32,000 nucleotides of DNA, from contig NZ_CP064923.1 of assembly GCF_018336915.1 (NCBI RefSeq), forward strand, positions 1,470,001 to 1,502,000, in the 5' to 3' direction. Positions 28,821-32,000 of the stretch are shown piece by piece. Positions within the stretch are counted from its first letter, which is position 1; the number at the start of each line of letters is the position of its first letter. Source of the DNA: Acaryochloris marina S15. GTDB taxonomy: Bacteria > Cyanobacteriota > Cyanobacteriia > Thermosynechococcales > Thermosynechococcaceae. The translations under genes were made by a program, and so were the position numbers. The notes beneath the pieces were generated by a model, which saw only the letters and a program-made list of their open reading frames with translations, searched no databases and had not been told where the DNA came from.

Positions 28821-31244
28821 TCAGGTATTAACTAGCTCAGCAGATGCTGATTTTGCTGTGGGGGGTTGCCAGATAGCAGCTTTGATCAAAGCCCAAATCA
28901 GAGAAACATTATAAATGGCCCAAGCAGAGTTAAGAAGATGAAGGCCAGGGTTATCTAAATCACCCATTGCATATCGAATTAGACTCACGGAAAGTCCTAA
29001 TACAGTCAGAACAACAACCGTGATCTGAGGTATCACCAGGCCAACATACATGCCAGATTGACGTTGTTTAGGAGTAACTTGAAACTTAACAGGTCTCCCT
29101 GTGAATACACTCCAAACTGCCTTAATAAAGAGTGGAAAGAGGGCGATGGCAAATTGTTCTGCTCGCCATAACTCATTCTTCTTAATGCCCCAAGCGGCGG
29201 CCATAAAGGTAATCCGATTGAGAATGAAGGCAGGTACAAAATGGATGGCAAACGCCAAGCCATAGGTCTGTACGGGTATTGCTTCAGTAAAAAAGTAAAT
29301 CAGCGGACAAGCAATGAAGATCAGGGTAAAAAATCCAGAGAAGTAACTATACATGGTCTGGAAATATTGCAGCTGCTGCCAAACGGTAAGACCTTTTTTT
29401 GCCAGGGGATTTTCTTGCAACAGGACCTGAACAGTGCCCTGTGCCCATCGAAGTCGCTGTTTTAGGGTAGAGCTCAGGTCATCTGGTGCTAAGCCAACCG
29501 CTAATACTTCATGGTGATACACTGACTTCCATCCTGCAGCATGGAGTCGCATGGCTGTATTCATGTCTTCCGTAATACTGGCACTGGAGACACCCCCCAC
29601 CAACTCAAACTCCTCTAGGCGTTTTTGATCGGCGATATATTCATCCGCGAAATTTTGTAGCCCGGTGGTAACCAATGCTTCGCGACGTAAAACAGCATTT
29701 GTGCCCGTGTAAAAGGCTGAACTCATGCCATCCTTGCCCTGTTGAATTGGACCATAGAACAATCGAGCTTGATGACCGAAAGGGTCACCGGGAGGAAGAT
29801 TATAGAAGTCTTGTGGGGTTTGGACAAAGGCAATATCGCTGTCTTTGTATGCCCCCTCTTGCATACTGTAATCAAAGAAATAGGGCAGTGCTCGCTGAAG
29901 AAAATGAGGTTTAGGAATATGGTCGGCATCTAGGGTCAAGATCAGATCGCCGGTTGTTTCTCCAGAAAACAAGGCATAGTTAATATTGCCTGCTTTAGCA
30001 TGATGGGGTTTCCCTTTAGGCTTAGGACGGGCAATATATCGGCTGCGCGCTAGGTCAACTAATTCCTGTTCTTTTTGCTCAATGGTGCGCTGTAAGACCT
30101 TGACTTCTGCTTTTAGATAGTCAGCCACTGAGCCATATTGATGATTGAGCAGACGGGTACTCTGTTGGAGGCTATGGAGATAACCCACTAACTGCTGATT
30201 TTGATCTTGAACGCCAGTTGCTTCTGGCGCAAAGAACTTGATGGCAATTAAACACTGACGTTTATCGGGAGTGGGGTTATAGCTGACAAAGTCAGTGAAT
30301 TGGCTCATGATGCCAAAGCCTCTCCCCCCTTCATCCATCAGATCCACATCTTCCAGAGATTTGAAAATTTTGTCAGGGTTGTCTAGACCTGGACCTCGGT
30401 CCCAAATTTGCAGTACTAAAACATTACTGGAAATGTTGAGCTCCAAGTCAATCGGCGTGGTGTGGGGCAGATCCTTATGGGCATATTTCAAGACATTATC
30501 CACACCCTCACCCAATACCGTTTGCAGCTCTAACCAAGGTTTCATGGGAATGTGAGGCTGCTGAAGCTGCCCAAACCAGTCCAGGGCCGCCTGGGCGTTT
30601 TCCCGTTTGGTTTCTAGGGTTAAGGTATGAGACTTTAATTGCTCCTCTCCGGCAGCAATTTCTGAGACGAGACTCTGGAGATGCTGCAGCTGCGCTTTGA
30701 GGTGTAGACGTTGCGAGTTGATCTCATCCGCTGCCGCACGAAGTTGTGGTGTTTGCAAATCCCCAATACATAATTGCTCCGACATTTGCCGCATTTGAGG
30801 GGAGTTGCCGTCATCCAGTACATAGACCTTCAGCTTTGTTGCAGGATAGTCCATGCTCAAGGCCGCTTTAGCCGTTTCCCGAACCATCTCAACCGGTTCG
30901 TTATAGCAGGTAATAAATACATCTACTCTCGGCCATTTAGCCTCTGGCAAAGCGGGGCGCATTTGTCTGAGGGGTTTGGCATCTCGGATAATGGGTCGCC
31001 ACAGACCAATAAAAAACATGACGCCGCCAATATAGCTATATATTTCAGCGAGTAATAGTGGAATGGCTATCCATAGGGCATTGAAGTTGACCGAATTCAG
31101 GATTCGCCACTGTAAATACCAGCCCCCAAAAATGAGGTTTATGATCACCAGAAACCGAAAGAGTAGGGTTCTATCCTTGAGTCTGATGCGAATATTGCCA
31201 GAAAAGGCAGGGGTATTTTCAATAATGGGGACGGCATTAGTCAT
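28821..31244 (-). CDS. Processive family-2 glycosyltransferase (cellulose-synthase-like) carrying an internal coiled-coil + GHKL ATPase-like insertion
   Basis: 807 aa. N-terminal TM pair, then VYVLDDG, HAKAGNINYAL, TLDADH, ITEDMNT, QRLRWAQG and FQVTPK, then a C-terminal TM bundle. A ~250-aa insert at aa ~152-402 contains LGEGVDNVLKYAH / IWDRGPGLD / DEGGRGFGIMSQFTDFVSY. No PilZ domain. Confidence 0.9.
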   Translation of the reverse strand: MTNAVPIIENTPAFSGNIRIRLKDRTLLFRFLVIINLIFGGWYLQWRILNSVNFNALWIAIPLLLAEIYSYIGGVMFFIGLWRPIIRDAKPLRQMRPALPEAKWPRVDVFITCYNEPVEMVRETAKAALSMDYPATKLKVYVLDDGNSPQMRQMSEQLCIGDLQTPQLRAAADEINSQRLHLKAQLQHLQSLVSEIAAGEEQLKSHTLTLETKRENAQAALDWFGQLQQPHIPMKPWLELQTVLGEGVDNVLKYAHKDLPHTTPIDLELNISSNVLVLQIWDRGPGLDNPDKIFKSLEDVDLMDEGGRGFGIMSQFTDFVSYNPTPDKRQCLIAIKFFAPEATGVQDQNQQLVGYLHSLQQSTRLLNHQYGSVADYLKAEVKVLQRTIEQKEQELVDLARSRYIARPKPKGKPHHAKAGNINYALFSGETTGDLILTLDADHIPKPHFLQRALPYFFDYSMQEGAYKDSDIAFVQTPQDFYNLPPGDPFGHQARLFYGPIQQGKDGMSSAFYTGTNAVLRREALVTTGLQNFADEYIADQKRLEEFELVGGVSSASITEDMNTAMRLHAAGWKSVYHHEVLAVGLAPDDLSSTLKQRLRWAQGTVQVLLQENPLAKKGLTVWQQLQYFQTMYSYFSGFFTLIFIACPLIYFFTEAIPVQTYGLAFAIHFVPAFILNRITFMAAAWGIKKNELWRAEQFAIALFPLFIKAVWSVFTGRPVKFQVTPKQRQSGMYVGLVIPQITVVVLTVLGLSVSLIRYAMGDLDNPGLHLLNSAWAIYNVSLIWALIKAAIWQPPTAKSASAELVNT

Positions 31245-31258
31245 GAGACTGTGTATCC

Positions 31259-31450
31259 TTACTGCTTGACTAAAGAGTGATGATGTTGAGTTCTATGAAC
31301 AATATTTTTGAGAATCACCACAGTAGCGTTGCGGTTAAGTTGAGTATTGACACCTAGCTGCTCATTCTCACAACATCTCGCAAAACATTCATTTTGAGAT
31401 CGCTGTGAAGTCGGCTTGAGGCCATCTATTGCTATAGGGAGAGTATCCAT
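31259..31450 (-). CDS. Possible small protein (63 aa) between the upstream gene and the GT2
   Basis: The ORF nearly fills the 218-bp gap. It starts 13 nt after the upstream stop and ends 15 nt before the GT2 ATG. No recognisable motif. Cys-containing (CFARCC). Confidence 0.3.
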   Translation of the reverse strand: MDTLPIAIDGLKPTSQRSQNECFARCCENEQLGVNTQLNRNATVVILKNIVHRTQHHHSLVKQ

Positions 31451-31462
31451 TTATCAGAAAAG

Positions 31463-32000
31463 TTATTTGTTATTGTTTTTGGACAGAGCGCTGTTTGGGG
31501 CTCCCCAATAGGTCCCGGTCGAATCAGTAATAAGCTGCAATTTAGGTTTGGGGGTAGGGGGTAAGCCCGTACCAATTTCTTCGTTGGCAACGGCTTTCCA
31601 CCAGGGGGAGCTACGGGAGATATCGGCGACGAGTAACGGTTGGCGATCGCGCAAACGATACAAGATTGACTGCAGGACAATACTATTGGTGGAGCCACTA
31701 AAACCAGGATTAGACTGGCCCGATTGCTCGTTTACCCCTTCGTAAAAACCCAATACGGGGTTATACAGGTCTAATGCTGACTGATACAGCTCTTGAGCGT
31801 AGTCATTGTCGGGAAAAATTGCGTGATAGGCAAAGGCTGCAGCACTGCTGATGACCCGTTGCTCAGACTCTAGTGCTTTGTTCGCACTTGAAGCCGCCCA
31901 AGCTTTTTTATCTTTATCCATCAGACTGCTATGAATGACGTAAGGGGCCTTAGTCGACAGGGTTGTTCCAGCTGCAGTCAGTACCCCTTCCCGGTTATAC
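31463..32000 (-). CDS. Hypothetical protein, probably extracytoplasmic and glycan-associated (possibly DUF3131/glycoamylase-like), 5' end outside the window
   Basis: The minus-strand frame stays open from 31463 to the window end (..YNREGVLTAAGTTLSTKAPYVIHSSLMDKDKK..). The block FYEGVNEQSG..GSTNSIVLQSILYRL recalls cyanobacterial DUF3131-type proteins, from memory only. Confidence 0.55.
   Translation of the reverse strand, partial: YNREGVLTAAGTTLSTKAPYVIHSSLMDKDKKAWAASSANKALESEQRVISSAAAFAYHAIFPDNDYAQELYQSALDLYNPVLGFYEGVNEQSGQSNPGFSGSTNSIVLQSILYRLRDRQPLLVADISRSSPWWKAVANEEIGTGLPPTPKPKLQLITDSTGTYWGAPNSALSKNNNK

Overview
The window looks cyanobacterial. It carries 12 copies of the HIP1 palindrome GCGATCGC and a typical gene set: shc, crtE, folD, thrB, an S41 Ctp protease, a ChlH/BchH-type chelatase subunit, DUF928, a SipA-like protein and pentapeptide repeats. 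Positions 1-22.3 kb are mostly core genes: a 5'-truncated type-I periplasmic binding protein (PBP), a pentapeptide-repeat/PBP fusion, squalene-hopene cyclase, DUF928, two uncharacterised genes, a RibD_C-type reductase, Ctp protease, a TauE/SafE permease, a Mg-chelatase H paralogue, divergent PAP2, GGPP synthase, FolD, a small SipA-like protein, an M16 peptidase pair and homoserine kinase. Positions 22.3-32 kb look accessory and polysaccharide-related, all on the minus strand. This part holds a Wzc/GumC-like co-polymerase/kinase without a C-terminal tyrosine cluster and a roughly 1.4 kb AT-rich spacer with no long ORF. Two intact insertion sequences sit in that spacer only 2 bp apart: an IS630-family element with a -1 frameshift site, and an IS1634/IS4-like element. 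Upstream of the spacer on the minus strand is a cellulose-synthase-like processive GT2. The top candidate for something new is this GT2: about 250 aa are inserted between its DDG and DxD catalytic motifs. The insert consists of coiled-coil-like segments flanking a complete RsbW/SpoIIAB-type GHKL ATPase/kinase-like module, and the protein has no PilZ domain. No tRNA, rRNA or CRISPR array was seen. All family assignments come from reading motifs by eye; no database search was run.
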